Assembly (NCBI GenBank): GCA_964035545.1
Contig: OZ037768.1
Span: 14,393,675-14,457,674 of the forward strand
Direction of reading: 5' to 3'
From: Bugula neritina
Lineage: Eukaryota; Animalia; Bryozoa
DNA: 64,000 nt
Shown in pieces: positions 13,101 through 27,531 of this stretch (the first letter of the stretch is position 1; every line of letters starts with the position of its first letter). The notes beneath the pieces are model-generated. The model was not told the origin of the DNA, did not search any database, and saw nothing but the letters and a program-made list of their open reading frames with translations. A program made the translations under genes and the position numbers.

Positions 13101-16100
13101 GCTGTATAAGTTTGACTTATAGGGTTTGTCATTGTAGGCTAGGCACTGCTCCTATATTACAGAGTAATATACGAATACATATTATGTAAAGACTGATGAA
13201 CTACATTGTATGTCAGTTTTCTCTTAAAGCCTAAGTGGTGTGTCTTCTTACTCCATTATGTGGATAAAATAATTTAAATGCTTGTGTATAAACATTTGAG
13301 CTTTCTGTTAAGAGATTTGCCTAACAATAGAGCTTTTATGTAATAAAAAGTAAACCTTTATGATGTCAATTGACTTGCCTTTACATGTAAATATAACCAA
13401 ATTACCTGCAAAAAGCTAGGCTGGTCAACAGGACATTCTTCTGTATTGCATATCTTATATTTTTTTCTTTCCCCAATACAATATTTTCCTCCGTTTGATG
13501 GCCTACAGGATAGATTAAAATCACATTTAAAGGCAACTTCCATAATTAATGAAATGCATTTCAAAAACACCAGTTCTGTTGCCAAATTTAAACTTGCATC
13601 ATCGCAATTTATTGCTATTGCCAAACAGTTTATTATACGAAACAGATGCAAACAAGTCTTACATTAAGTTCTTAGGCAATCATAGCAGAAAAAGGGTATA
13701 AATCAAGATAAGCTTTTCCTGCAATATTAAGAAATCAGCCCTTGAAGCAAGCAAAACTTTCTTACGAAGGGTTAGAGCAGTGCCTCTCTGATATAGAGAC
13801 TCCTCCCCCACAAGTTCTAGAGCACTGTGACCAGTGTGTCCATGCTGACCATCCTCCATCGATAGCCTGAGGTCTAGTGTTTATTGTAGTGCATTCTCCA
13901 TCAAAGCACCACTGCAATTAAACTAGTTAAATGTACTATCACAATGGCACTTATGAGTGTCATTGAAACAGTATATAGCCCATTAGATGTGAGAAAATCA
14001 TTGAAATCTGTGTGAGTAAAAAGATAAGTAACATGATACGATAAAAGAAATTTAGTATCTCATTCTACTGACAGTAATTACCAGTTGTGAAGGAGCTTGT
14101 TGAGCATTATTTGTACAGGTATTTATTTGTATAACAAAATATGACTGGGGAAGGTATCTAATTTATTAACGTTTAATTTAATCTCATTAGCTCTAGCTGT
14201 TGAGTGAGAATACAACTAACAGTGTCCATTATAGACACTTGGTATAGGTAATAATTTAGCCTTAGGCACAAGTACAGCAAGTTCTACCAGGCAGCCAGGC
14301 TAAATCTATCTGTCAGAGTATATCTTTTGTTGCTTTGAATTATTAAATGGGTACTGAATTGAAGCCAATGCTGCAGGAGTGAGTTTTTGACACAGGCTGG
14401 GCAGAAGTTGATAAAAATCACAAAAACAAATAAAAATTTACTGAATTCTCATTGATCGAGAAAAAGTACACTTAGATTAGTATATCAAGACTGAAGCTAA
14501 TTTGACTGTTATAAGCAATATTATAATTTAGAGTTGCATGCAATAAATAATTAGTAAAACAGGTATACTGAGTTTAACTAGAATTAGTAGAGCAGGTACT
14601 CAGTCTAACTAGAATTAGTAGAACAGGTACTCAGTCTAACTAGAATTATTTGGTGTAGCCAGTACCTTTCTAGGTATAGGCAGCCCTGTTTGAGTGTTGT
14701 TCTCCCATTCACAAATAGTACCTTCAGCTGAGGGCTCCAACCTGGACACACACCTTCCAGCAACACTGCACCATAGAGTAATACACATGTTCTACAAACC
14801 ATCACAATACATGCAACAATGAGCAAGGGTGCAGCTCATTATCGTTATCAAATGAATCCAAGATGTGATGTGAGAAAAGCAGAGCATGTTGTGTGGCATA
14901 TATTGCAACAGAAATAATTAACAATCTTACAAAATTATCTGATTTTACAGGACAGGCTCTTTATTTGGGTTTAAACACTGTTAGGCTCAGTACCAAGATA
15001 TATAGCAAGAAAAGATAAAAGTCAACTAAAAGTTCTAGAGCCTAGACTATGATAGAATAACAAAATCCTACCTCAATTCCCTCACAGTGGCTAGCTTTAG
15101 GACCATACTGCAACCTACATTGATGATCGACATCATACAATACACCAGGAGGCTTACCATCATATGCATAATGATAGGTTTGTTTTGGTTCGTCTTCCAG
15201 ACAAAATCCCCAGCCACGGCTACAAGAAATAGCACAGTGACTATCATAGAATGGACACAAAGACTATTATACATTAGTGTGAGTATAGTCATTATTATTT
15301 GGTTAAATGTGAAAGAAAATATAAAGCTGCATTGTTTTGACTTTTACAACGTTTTAATTTCTAACAGATTTTAAGTAACACTAAATTCATATTTCATACA
15401 AGAATCTAGTTTTGTTCTATACTAGCATGTGACAAGTGCTGCCCCTTTATGTTGTAATTTCATATATAAACATAAACATACTGTTATAGCTTTGCATTTG
15501 GCCTAATGTTTATGTCTATGACAGAATGGGTATATTTCCAGCAGTTCACAAAGGCTGTTGTAAGTAATTATTAGGTGAAAGCTAATCAGCATCACAGTTT
15601 CAGACTCAAAAAGGTTACAAGTAATGAATTTAGTTGTTGAATTTAGTTATATAATTGTGAGATGAAAGAGTATACTGCTGAATGCTAACAGTTATATTAA
15701 TACAACATTGTTACTGCTAATGCTTTGGTATGTAGAAAAGGAGAGTTGATAATTGGTGAGCCACACCCAATCAGCCCAGCCCTTAGGTAGGCTAATGCTC
15801 AAGTGTTGAAGAATGGTATTTCAATTACAAAAGCTCAGGTTTTAGAATTATGTTCCTGCAAGTCGTATACAATTAGTGATATATACTTATTGCAGCCAGT
15901 TTATCAACTGTAACATACATTACATTGAATTTCAGCGTTTTATGGTACATAAATCCTTATAATAACTATATCATTTACAATAAAATACATTGGTCATTTT
16001 GATAATAGCATAAAATACTTAAATTGGGCATGTCAAAGTCAAAGTCAAAGTACTCAAGGTAAGAATAAGAGTGGTATTCAAAAAACCTAACTCTCCATGC

Positions 16101-19100
16101 TAGCCATGCACCAACTAATTCTACATGAAACGTTCTACTTCTATTAGCTTAAGATAACAACTACTCTAGCAAAGCTGTTCTCTGCTAGTAGAAACAAACC
16201 TCAAGCCTTAATCAGGGACCTCAATCATTAGAAGTTTATTTGTGGACTTACCCACGCAAATACAAAAATTACACATGTTACATGTTATAGGTGAACTCAT
16301 GTTAGATTGCACATGGCTTGCTTACTCAAGGAATCTGGTGATGGCATTTCGACTGCAGTTTGACCATATAAGAGGGCGACCGGCATCAATGAGAAACTCT
16401 GGATACATGATGTAGCTTTTCTCTCCAGTTGTCATACTGCATTCTTCTGTATAACCATCATGTTTCATACCAAAACTAAATGATATATGATTGATATGTA
16501 GACAGATAATGTAATGTACATTGGAAAATAAAGTATATAGAATGATATAGCAATAAGGTATGATACATATCCTAATAGTATAGTTAAGACTTACTTGTGC
16601 CCTAGCTCATGGGCAATAGTATATGCTAAAGCCAGTCCAGTATCTTCATTCACATTACAAGATCTTCCAGGCTGACACATGCCTGAGACCTGAGCCAATC
16701 CAAGTGTGCTACACGGCTCATTCATTCTGCTGCAGATATCTAACCTGCAAAGTGAAAGCTTTATGCTATTACAGTCTTGAAAGCAACAATCGTATTATTT
16801 CAAGTCAAAATCTACATATTATGCCAGAAGCTCACAAAATGGGATACTAGTATCTCCAAGAGCACTTTAGACAAATTTAGAAAGCACATTGTCTATTTAC
16901 AGTACTACACAATCTATATTTAATGAGTAATATTTGAGTTTTGGTTTACTGTAAGTTGCATATTATTGGCACTTCAAACTTTAGAGGGAATGAAATGGGT
17001 ACATAGACTTTATAAATTAGTTGAACAAATCATATTAGTACTATATAGAGTGATGAGTAAGCTAGTAATAATTAGTGATTAGTTATTCAATAGTTAACCA
17101 ACGAGTACCTAGTCACAAGTATCGCCACATCATGGTGACTGGCATCAGGCTCACTAGGATTTAAACTCTTCTGCCATTTGCAAAAGCTTGCCAAAGTATT
17201 GTCAGCGTGGTGAGTTATAGAAAGACCTTCCAACTTTTCCTAAAATTTGATACTGAACTGTGATATTGGGGAGAGGGGGCTACACCCTTACTAAAGCAAG
17301 TAACTGCAGCTTCTTTGCATGAAATTGTGTATCCACTCAGCATTACCTATTAAAAGGTACGTTTAGACTAGAAAATGATTAAAAGAAGTTCTATGGCAAC
17401 ATTAGAGCAGGCTTTGATAAAAATGGCTTTTGTTTTACTCAACAACAAGCTCAAAGTTTGAGAAAAGCCTCCAACATGGACCCTCACTGACACTATGAAC
17501 AGCTGTAGAGAGCAGACAGATGCCTTGCTTCAATTTAAAAGCTTTTGTCTAGGTCTGAAATGTAATTGCATTATTGTGCACAACAAGCTTAAAGTGCCGT
17601 TAGAATCTGACTGGTTTGAGAAATCTACAGTAAGCTGGTAGACTACATACTGCGCAGTCTTACCTGCTCCTCATCTAGTAACAACAGTCTCACAACATTT
17701 ATGTTCACAGAATTACCGATGCTTGCATCATGAAATAATATTGAAACCTACAAATAAAACAATCTAATTATATAAAATATATTCAGCCTAATGGAAGAAA
17801 ACTACAGTTTACAGTATACAGTCTTTTTGCACATTTAATAGCCATTATGCAGTTTAGGTGATCAAATTATAACTGATTGAAGAAAAGGGAAAAAATTGGT
17901 TAAAGTTAACATTTTTGAATTTTAAACTGACAAACTTATTTTTAAAGTGTTTATATATAAAACTGTAAAATATTAATCCTGCAAATATTTTTACCTTGAC
18001 AATTGTATCTGTTCAATAAGAGATTTTGCTGCACATGCTTTTTATTACACACTATGACAAAAATAACAAACAATAAGCCTACCATGTTCATTATGGTGAA
18101 AATGTAAGTGTTGATGTCTTCATTCTTATAGTACTGCATCATTGAATTGTCAACAACTACAAGAGTTTCCACAAAGTATTCCGTACTGAAGGATCTCTTT
18201 CTTCGTCTTTTACTTGACTGAGCTGAGTTCTTCCTTTCACTACCCTCTGAGAAAAATATGGAATGTTGAAATGAATAATTTAATGTCTTCATTTGGAAAA
18301 CTGCTTCGAATGTTGGCAGAAAGTTGTGATATTACTTTAAAATATCTTTTAGAACTTGTGCTTTAATTGCTTGTTGAGAGGAATTGAAATAAATGGAAGG
18401 GGCAATTATCTCAAGGACCTGAGCTTTCCAGTATCTATGGTCAACTCCACTATTTCCTACCTTTAGAGTTTAGTGTGACAACTAAATTTCTACCTAGAAA
18501 CAGTTAGTTGGACTAACTTAAGCTGAAATAAAAGCTGTTGAGTAGTTTATACAGCTGGTTCACTAATTAAATTGGCCAGATTGTTGTAATACTGACAGCA
18601 AGTAATTCACTAACACCCATGATGTCATGGTGTGTCAGCAACACTTGGCATCTATATCCAATCATATGGTGTGGTTTGCTGAACAGTAATACAAATTGAA
18701 AGACAAATGAAATTTCAAATCTAAGCAGCTTTTCACTGGGAATTTTAAAGCTGAGATTTTATATTACAAATTTAAGAGTGCATAAACAGAGTTGTCCGCT
18801 GTTCAAAATTCCTTTACTTCAAGCTCATATTATAAATTGAAGAATGCAAGATAAAAGGACACTTAATACAGTGTCCTATATAACCAGTAGAGAGAAGACA
18901 TTAAATGAACATTATATGCAACAGCAGAAACCTATTAGCCCAATAAGAAGAGTTGAACCTGCAATTTTATTTTAAAGTAGAAAGAAACTAGCTATACCAC
19001 ACTAGTTGAAATGCAAATTGTTAGAAATAATGGTCATTCCGACAAATATTAAGATATGCCATTCTAATTAATTTTGTTGAATAGAATGATAATGGCATCA

Positions 19101-22100
19101 AATTGGGGAAGGTTTCCCACCTTAAACATCAAAGCTATACATAAACTATTGCAATTAAAATATAAATGATAGGAATAATACTAGTGCAAAGTATGAACTA
19201 ATATTATGGGTAAAGAAGCTTTCAGTCTAGTAGCATTCATAATCTTCAACTATAAATACCGGCATGATTAGGGCAATAGGAGTTGTCCCCCTGAGATGGT
19301 CTCATCAAGTGTGAAATGTTGAAGGCTGTGTCTTGTAAGATTGCTTTATATATAATATGTGGGTGAGGTTTAGATGGATCAATTTTGTATCCTTTCAGGG
19401 GTTCGATGAAATAGTGGCTATCAGATGTGATGAGCATACCAGTCTACAAATACAGGCAAAACATTTGGTGTTGAGTTATTGTGTTACATGGTCAAAACTT
19501 GCAACAAACAAGCAATCTTCTCACCTGCTGTTACATTAAATGTCGTTAGGACAGTTCTGCATACTGACTGACAAGATGTACAGCATTATTGTCTCAACCA
19601 AAATTTACCTGAATTTAAATCAAATAACCGTATAATATAAAATAAGTAAAATATTAAGTCAATATACAAAGCAAATAAAAGCTTATAGTTGCACCAAATA
19701 AATGTGTAAATATATAACTTGTATGCAATGCAGTTTATTAACTAGTTAGCTATTGCATACTTGCTAAATTCTATCTGCTGTGATACATAATATTCTGAGT
19801 CCTCTTGTCAAAGAATTGCAATGTTTGAATGGAGGTGAGACTACCCACTGAGATACTTATTGAGTTCATAAGTTGTGTTTCATATAACATGCAGTAGCTG
19901 TAGTTGCTATGGTGTATGGATAGTATGTAGTGCATAATAACACAATAGCTAAGTCATATCATATTGCCTACCAGTTAGCTCGTCAGTTGTAACAAAATTC
20001 TATTACCAGTAGGTTATAGACCAGCAGATAATCTGTAGACAATTGTCAATATTAATAGTTATAATACTATGTATGTCTACAGCTTGCAGCCTGAACAATA
20101 ACTGAGAAACATACACGGATTTGCAATAGAACTTGTCTTACCAGCCCATGGCAAGTAGAAAGAGCTACTTTTGAATTCAGATCTCCTTTTACATGACCAG
20201 TAAAGTAGCAATGAGGAAAAAAGGATTCTTTAGCGTTGGTTCTATTTTTTAGCCTTTCTTCGATAACAAGGTTAGGTGAATAAATTTCCTTGTTAGGTTG
20301 CAAGGTGATATAAAAATACTTTTGCAAACCAATTGTTAAATAATACGTTAGCTCATGTATAGAATCTGTTTCACGCCTCAGCCGATTTCTGGTCCATCGA
20401 GGTTGTGAGATTTCATAATGCAGGTTGTGGGACAAAAAGCCACCATCACTGTCTGCCATTGAAGGCTCAATAATTTCATATTCCAAACCTTTTAAATTAT
20501 TTTCTACAAAAGAACAAGAGCTAACTTCACATTGATTTTGATCCTGCCAAACAGTTTATAGTAGCACAAACTTTAATTAGAAGAATTTTATAAACTATGT
20601 ATAATTTAAAATTTTAAAGGGTATAAGGTAAAGTTAAAACTTTATTATATATTATATTAGTATAATATTATACTATTATATCTTAAACCATGTAAGTTGG
20701 TACACAGACAAAACAGGAATATCTTTACACGTTTTTGTGAACGGATAAAAATAGGATTAACAGATATAAGTAACAAAGTGAGATTTCGTTAACAAATCTA
20801 CATGAGAAAAATGGAACACATAAAGACATAAAATGTAAAATTTTGCAAATCTGAAAAACTCATTTTAGTTGCTAAACTCAAGATAATATTTATAAGAACA
20901 TTGAAAGAATGTTGGAACATTTTTAAAAAGCCTAGAAAATTTCATGAACATATTACTCCTTTGTAACATTTCATTGCTTCAAAAACTTTTACATAACCAA
21001 TATAATAAATACTCCACTTTTATAAAGTAAAAACAACAGTTGTGAATATTCATTATGTAGACATTTTTTATGAAAGGCCTATCTATAGTTACCTATTGCT
21101 GCTAAATACAAACTTATTCACTATTGGAGCAGGTTGTCTATTTATATTTTATACTATACCTATACTTGGCTAACAATTTCTTCTTTTCGATCTAAATTTG
21201 AGGTTTAAAATCAATTTGATAACTTGACCTCTATGTAATGCAAAAAATACAAAGTACTGAGTGCCAAATGATTTGTGTTGACGCCTTTTACCACAGAAGT
21301 GTTTAGTAAACTTATATAGACACATGTATAGCTTTATATTGGAACCCTAACACCTTAATGTCTGTGTTTATATCTAGTTATTACACAAATATGTTGCCAA
21401 GTATAAGAGGTATGAAAGCCCAATAATTTCATTACAAAATTTTACTGAAATACATGGTTTCAGAGAGCAGGCAGCAGCATTTGATAGGGGCTGGGGGCTC
21501 CACTTCATGATAGAAAGTATTGAAACGAACAGCTACTAATATGACCTACATGTAAGTACACACTGCAGCTCTATCAAACTATCTAACAATCACTGTGACA
21601 AATGCTGCGAAAATCAAATTAACCTCTTATGTTGTTGCCCTTGATTAATTATATTCACACAAGAGTCAGTAGAGTGCAGGGAACAAGCTGCCTGTTGGCT
21701 AAGATGAGGTGTGTGAGATAGATTAGATTGAGTCCAACTAATGAATTACATACCAGTTTATTAATTTCATATGCTATAAAATTCTTGTCTGTATAAGTTA
21801 ATTCAAAACTGATACATTAAATTTTTAGAGTGCTGGCAGCAGTAGCAGCAGCAGCAACCATATCAAACTTTGGCATTAGAAAAGAAAGTCCAAAAGTTCA
21901 AATGCTATCACTGCAACAGTATGCCCACAAATGGTTATATAATTGCTTTCATTGCAATCCTACATTACATTCAGCAAAATCAAATTTCCAAATAGGAAAT
22001 ATAAAAGAAACCAAATTGTATTTTGAACAGATGTCATTATTTATAATTTTGGCTAAATGTAATGGTAATAGTGGCTAGCTAACATAACATAAGCAGACAC

Positions 22101-22883
22101 TGTACTAGAGTTGCATAGGAGCAGAAACATATATTTTTGCTTTAACTGGATTTATACAATTTAGATGTTGGCTTGGCTTTTTTAAGGAGGCAACTTCCCA
22201 TGCTAAGACTATTAAAAAACCAGAGCTTTACACCTGCTTTGAAATTTTGCAGGTAATCAATTTGCATCTAATAATTGTCAAGTTTGAAATAACATATGAA
22301 ACCTATACGCCTTGTTATAGTACTGTGCTAATCATTCTTGCATGATATTCATTTTCCTTTGTTAAAGAAATCTGATCCACAAAATATAATAATTTCTACT
22401 CAAGCAATACATATCTTATTGTTGCATTTTACATATTATATTATTTCAAACAGTTTGAGCTCTAATTTCTGCATTAAGTGGCACAAGACAGCGAACAAAC
22501 TTGCTCTGATGATACTATGCCCAAATGGTATTGATAAATTTTATTATTGATCATTTTCTTAATAGTTGTTCAATCCGAATTAACTTATGCCTGTTTACTA
22601 CTTGTCAGTTGTTGTAGAAGTATGGCAAGATTTAATGATGTAAGGTTCATGGCTGATACTTATATATTGTATATAAGATTAATGACTAATTTGCAAAATT
22701 GAACGTATAAAAGTAATTAGATGTAGGGTTATCATTACCACTGCATACATGTTTTAAAAATGAAAGGTTTCAAGGAAAATACTTACTTTGGTCTTCATCT
22801 AGTAATGTGTACATTGCTGATGACAGTGCAAACACTGGTACTGCTGTAATCAACATACTGATGTAGTAATACAGCAAGTTCAT
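6299..22883 (-). CDS. ADAMTS7/12: ADAMTS metalloprotease, ADAMTS7/12-like (23 exons, ~1265 aa)
   Basis: Exons on minus: 22883-22787 (signal peptide [23 protein letters not shown]), 20503-20142, 19443-19260, 18246-18083 (furin site KRRRKR), 17747-17664, 17239-17109, 16744-16595 and 16475-16326 (Zn motif HELGHNFGMKHD, Met-turn YIM), 15219-15072 ([12 protein letters not shown]), 14791-14666, 13911-13766 (TSP1), 13502-13406, 13151-12954, 12849-12693, 12507-12296, 11857-11589, 10567-10351 (WWAGPWQHC), 10157-10008, 8998-8791, 7848-7730, 7407-7261, 6832-6685, 6432-6299 (PLAC, ...CCVFCQD*). All phases are compatible; sum 3798 nt. DRGWG.CL and WWAG.W are ADAMTS7/12-type signatures. Confidence 0.93.
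6826..6980. repeat. 27-bp minisatellite (~5.7 copies) overlapping the ADAMTS exon-22 acceptor
   Basis: Unit CAGTACACTGAGATTAGGTACAACTCA; the first unit is 28 bp. Confidence 0.9.
9215..9636 (+). mobile_element. Putative solo LTR in an ADAMTS intron
   Basis: TG...CA ends with short imperfect inverted termini (TGTGGCATACAT / ATGTACCCACA); internal CCAAT (9430) and TATATAA (9451); CpG-richer than flanks; no TSD found. Confidence 0.45.
12152..12247. repeat. (TA)/(TG) compound microsatellite
   Basis: Directly visible. Confidence 0.9.
14549..14647. repeat. 31-bp tandem repeat, ~3 copies
   Basis: Unit AATTAGTAGAACAGGTACTCAGTCTAACTAG, next to the ADAMTS exon-10 donor. Confidence 0.85.
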
Positions 22884-23918
22884 CTTCTTTCTTGGTGCTT
22901 TTCCAAATATTTGGTAGCAGTGACAATACTTGGGAATATTTTGCTAGAAAAAATGTGGTATCCTCAATGATGAACAACTTTAATCCCATTCGAACTTTTC
23001 TTAGCCTTTGTTTGGTAAAGATTGGGCACTTTGGCCATTTATGAGGCACTTAAACTTTTTTCAATTGAAACCACCAACCAATTTTCTGCCTGTTTATTAC
23101 TTGGCAGCCGTCCTAGAAAGCCCAACCGTACAAGTGCTAACTGCGGCAAGTTGAATGTCTGACAAGACCCGATGATTCGAGGTTTATGGCTGATGCTTAA
23201 ACAGTGTATAATGTGTATGCACTCTGGGTGTGTAAATAATGTAGTCGCTAATCACGTGTAGTCTGCTGGCGGAACTATTATCACCAAAGGGGTAGCAGCT
23301 AACAATTTATAATCACATGTACAATAAAATGTTGACAGTAAATTATGTAGCTGGTTATTTAAGTTTGTATCTCTTTTCTAGAATTTACTCTATAGATTTA
23401 TAACCTTTTTTTTAGTAGCAAGCAATGAAACTCTACACTTCATAAACATTAACTGTTTTTCTATTATAGTTCTAAAAATGTAACATATTGAACTGATTAC
23501 TACTGAGTTTTTTATGCTTTTTTGTTCAAGGTAAGAACTGTTTTACTTGAGAAAAAGCGTAAGACATGAAAATTGCTTTCTACAAAATAGTGTTAAATAG
23601 TACTAGTTAGGGGGTTTTCTTGCTGGCTATAACACCTGTCTAGTAGCCAATCCTAGCTAATACTGCCAAAGTTTACGGCACCAACATAGTTAACACATTA
23701 GGAGTTGTGATCAGGTACATTGAAAATTATTATTCTCTAAGCTGACATTGCAGCTATAATGGCATATTTACTGCTACAACCATGTTTCACAAGTAGTATG
23801 ATAATTTACAAAGTTGGTCAGCTTATTTTTTTAACAGTCGAAAGTATTATTTTTGCAATTCATTTGTTAGGATATATCATTGAACTTGTCAGGAGTTAAT
23901 TAATTTTATTGGGTCGAG

Positions 23919-23920
<2 letters not shown>

Positions 23921-23980
<60 letters not shown>
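23921..23980. repeat. (AT)30 microsatellite
   Basis: Directly visible. Confidence 0.95.
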
Positions 23981-23983
<3 letters not shown>

Positions 23984-25340
23984 GGGTAAAATCTAGAATA
24001 TTTACAAATTATAGTTTATCACAATTTTTTAGATATAAATATATATAATCTGTTGGCTGTAAGGAAAAATAAGGGCTAACATACAAGTGACATACAAACA
24101 AAAATATTAACTGGGAATTAAAAAATGTTACAGTTTTGCTTTTGCGTATACTTTATATAATAATTAAACATATAATACCTACATTTATAGGCTATAGAAA
24201 ACAGTAAGTAATTGGATGGGAAAGTGAGGGGAGTATGCAGTTGGGATAAGTCAAAGAATATTTAGCAAGAAATTTTTGCTGTCTATAAATTAATGCATTA
24301 CATAATGCCATTTTGAAAAAAACTGCTACTTCAAATATATAAAATTAGCATAATATAACTAGCAGAAAAGAAATAAATATCAATTAAAAAAAAAACAAAG
24401 CGATTTGGCATATTTATAATTTGACAGAAGAAAATTGGTATCTATGCTAATACAAGAATATATACGCAAGTCTATGCGGTAGTGCTCTATAATGAGAATA
24501 TAAGAGGCAGGCGGATAGTCAACTAGACTGACTCATCCCATCGCCTGAACTAGCAGGTTATAACAGATTTATAGTGTATACTATTTAGTCTATAAATATG
24601 TTATGGGAACATGAAGTGAGCATTCTTAAAGATTTGCACTGAACCCAATGCTGCCGGCTATTGTGGTATCCTGTGTTCATAAAATAATCCTTTGTTTCGA
24701 AAGTTGAGGTGAAATGACCTAAAATTAATTGAGCAAAATTTAAATTAAATACAAAAAGCAGCAACTTGTCACAATATTATTGATTTAAAACCAATTTGTG
24801 GCAAATGAAAATAATGTTATTTGACAAATGGTGCAAGTGAAGGGTGGAAAACATCCACAGCTGAACAGAGATGTTATATTGGTGCTTAGATATGCTGCCT
24901 GCCTGCCAGATGAAGATGACAGATAATATCAAAAACAACAACTCAACTGTCAGCTGCTTCAAGCAGGGCTGTCTAGTTAGACTTATCAGTATTAAGATTC
25001 CAGAAATAACTTAGCCATCAGGTAAATAAAATTTAGGATTGTATACGAAAATACACATGACAGAAAAGTTGACAAAGGAAGTAAAGTAGATTATAATAAA
25101 CTACTGAATACTTCAACTTTTCATCATTCAGCAAAGTTCCTAAATTATAATTTTATTAGCAAAACTTGCAATAGATTTGACTATTTTATTCTAGAACTGA
25201 GTGTGTGTTATAAAATTCAAAAGAGAATTATTTGTTAGACCATAATTACAGCTTTGAGGTAACCGATTATAGAGCTGCATCAGTTTTTGCATCTGGAATT
25301 GAAAATGTTTACTTTACATAAAATCAGCTTAACTACTTAC

Positions 25341-26690
25341 TTAGCAATATATAACATCTCCTTTCTTATTTTGGCTTGAAGTTTTCTGCGTTTGATCCTT
25401 GCTAAGTTTTTTGCTGGACTCTGCAAGGTTTAGTGGGAACATGCTTTTAGTGTGTTTAGTTGCAGTCTTACTCGAGGAGCTAGTAACTAACTTGGAGGCC
25501 GTTTGTTGCACAGAATTATTGTTACTATTCCTTTTTAACGAGCCCAGAGAACTGGTGTGATCAGTTTTAGTTAAAGTGCTAGAAGAGTTGATTTGAACTT
25601 GTCTCTCTGGGGAGAGGCTTGAGTAACCAAACTGCTGGGCTCTAGCTTCCTTCAAGTTCAGCGGTTCAGTGAGACTTGCTGAATAACGAGGATCAACAAA
25701 CATTTGTGGTGCTAAATCAACACAGTCTACTAACTCGGCTGAATGAGATCTTCTATGACTGATCTCTACATCATTATTCTTGGAAATCTCTGTAGATGTC
25801 AAGCTGCTACTGTGGAGATCATTGGTGCTACTGTAGGGAGTGCCGTTAGGACTGAGAGATGGTGAATTTACTGCTGGCTCCACACCAGAGCAACCTTTTA
25901 CCTGGTAAAAGTCTATTTGCTTTTGTAAAGCCTCCCGCTGACGCTGCAATTCTTCACGTTCTTTTTTCAGCTCATTCTACAAAAATAATAAATTTATTAA
26001 ATAATATTACTGACAATGTGAATGGGTCCAATCAGAAGTGAAGAGAGCACATGTAAATGCACATAAATACAAAAAACTTTAAGTAAACATCAGTTCTTAA
26101 TATTAATCAACATCAACATTGATACTATGCATCAAATGAAAATTTAAATAACATTTAGAAACGTTTTGAAAATGTTGGAGCATTGCAATAGCTGGCAATG
26201 CTTGTATTATGTATATATTACGTTCTCCTAGATATTTTATGTTCTGAGCTTGTTTATTCATTTATTTTGGAATAAATGCGCAAGAACACAACTGAAAAGA
26301 CAATAGACCTTTTTTCAATGTCCCTTCTACCCAATTGATAATTGGGAGTTGTACTATTATTTAAGTATGAAGCATATGCAAGCTGTAAAATATTTTAATT
26401 TCCTAGTTAAAAACCGTTTATGCCAAGGAATTTGAAAGCTGCGATAGTATTCAACAGTCAACATTTTGCACTAGCATGCACACTGATATTGTACTGACAC
26501 ATAGACTGATATCGTGAACTAACACATAGACTGATATTGTACATTGCTATTACCTGCTGGTTGGCCATTTCAGTTTTCACAGCTTCTATTTCTGCTCTTT
26601 CATTTTCCAGTTTAGTGTTTAAGTTTTCCTTTTCACTTTCTAGTAACTCCCTTTCTTTTGTTAATTGTTCCTATATACAAATAAAACAAA

Positions 26691-26725
<35 letters not shown>

Positions 26726-27488
26726 TTCTGTGATTGAAGAATGAATTAAGAGAGCTCGATATTTCGAAAAATAGAGTAATTATATTTAGTATTGATACTG
26801 TATTGGATATAATAAATTTATTTACTCATTTAGATGACTACAAATTTGTTTCGTGTAGTATAAACTACGCTCATCAGGCCGTTATGGTCGAGGGATTTTA
26901 CTTTGAAATTTAGATTGTTAGTTAAATTTGAGTATGATTTACATATTTTTAAAATGCCCCATTTTAAGCTAAATTTCGTGTTGTTTTCTTTTAAATTCTA
27001 GATGTGTCTGCTACTCAAACCTAACTAACAGATATAACTTGTGTAGCTATAAGAAATACGTAATCTTAAAACAACCAGAGTTATCCTCCCTCAACAAACA
27101 TAAAGAACTTTCTAACGCGTGCAAGTACAAACGAAAATTTTTTGTTTTCGAATTGAAGAGAGGCCAATTAAGAAACTTGCGTAGTAATACACAAACAATC
27201 TAAATTTCAAAATAAAACGACCTGATGAGTGTACTTTATATTTATACTACACGAAACAAATTTGTAGTCATCTAAATGAATAAATAAATTTATTATGTCC
27301 AATATAGTATCAATACTATATATATATATACATATATATATATAAAATGGTGTATAGTTTACCACTAAAGAGAGCTCAATGCAGTGCAGAGCAGAGTAAA
27401 TAACATCTTAACATTTTATCTGAAGATTGTGTACATTCAATGCACATGAAACTAGTAGTAATAAAGTGTTTTAAATTAAATTTTATCG

Positions 27489-27531
<43 letters not shown>

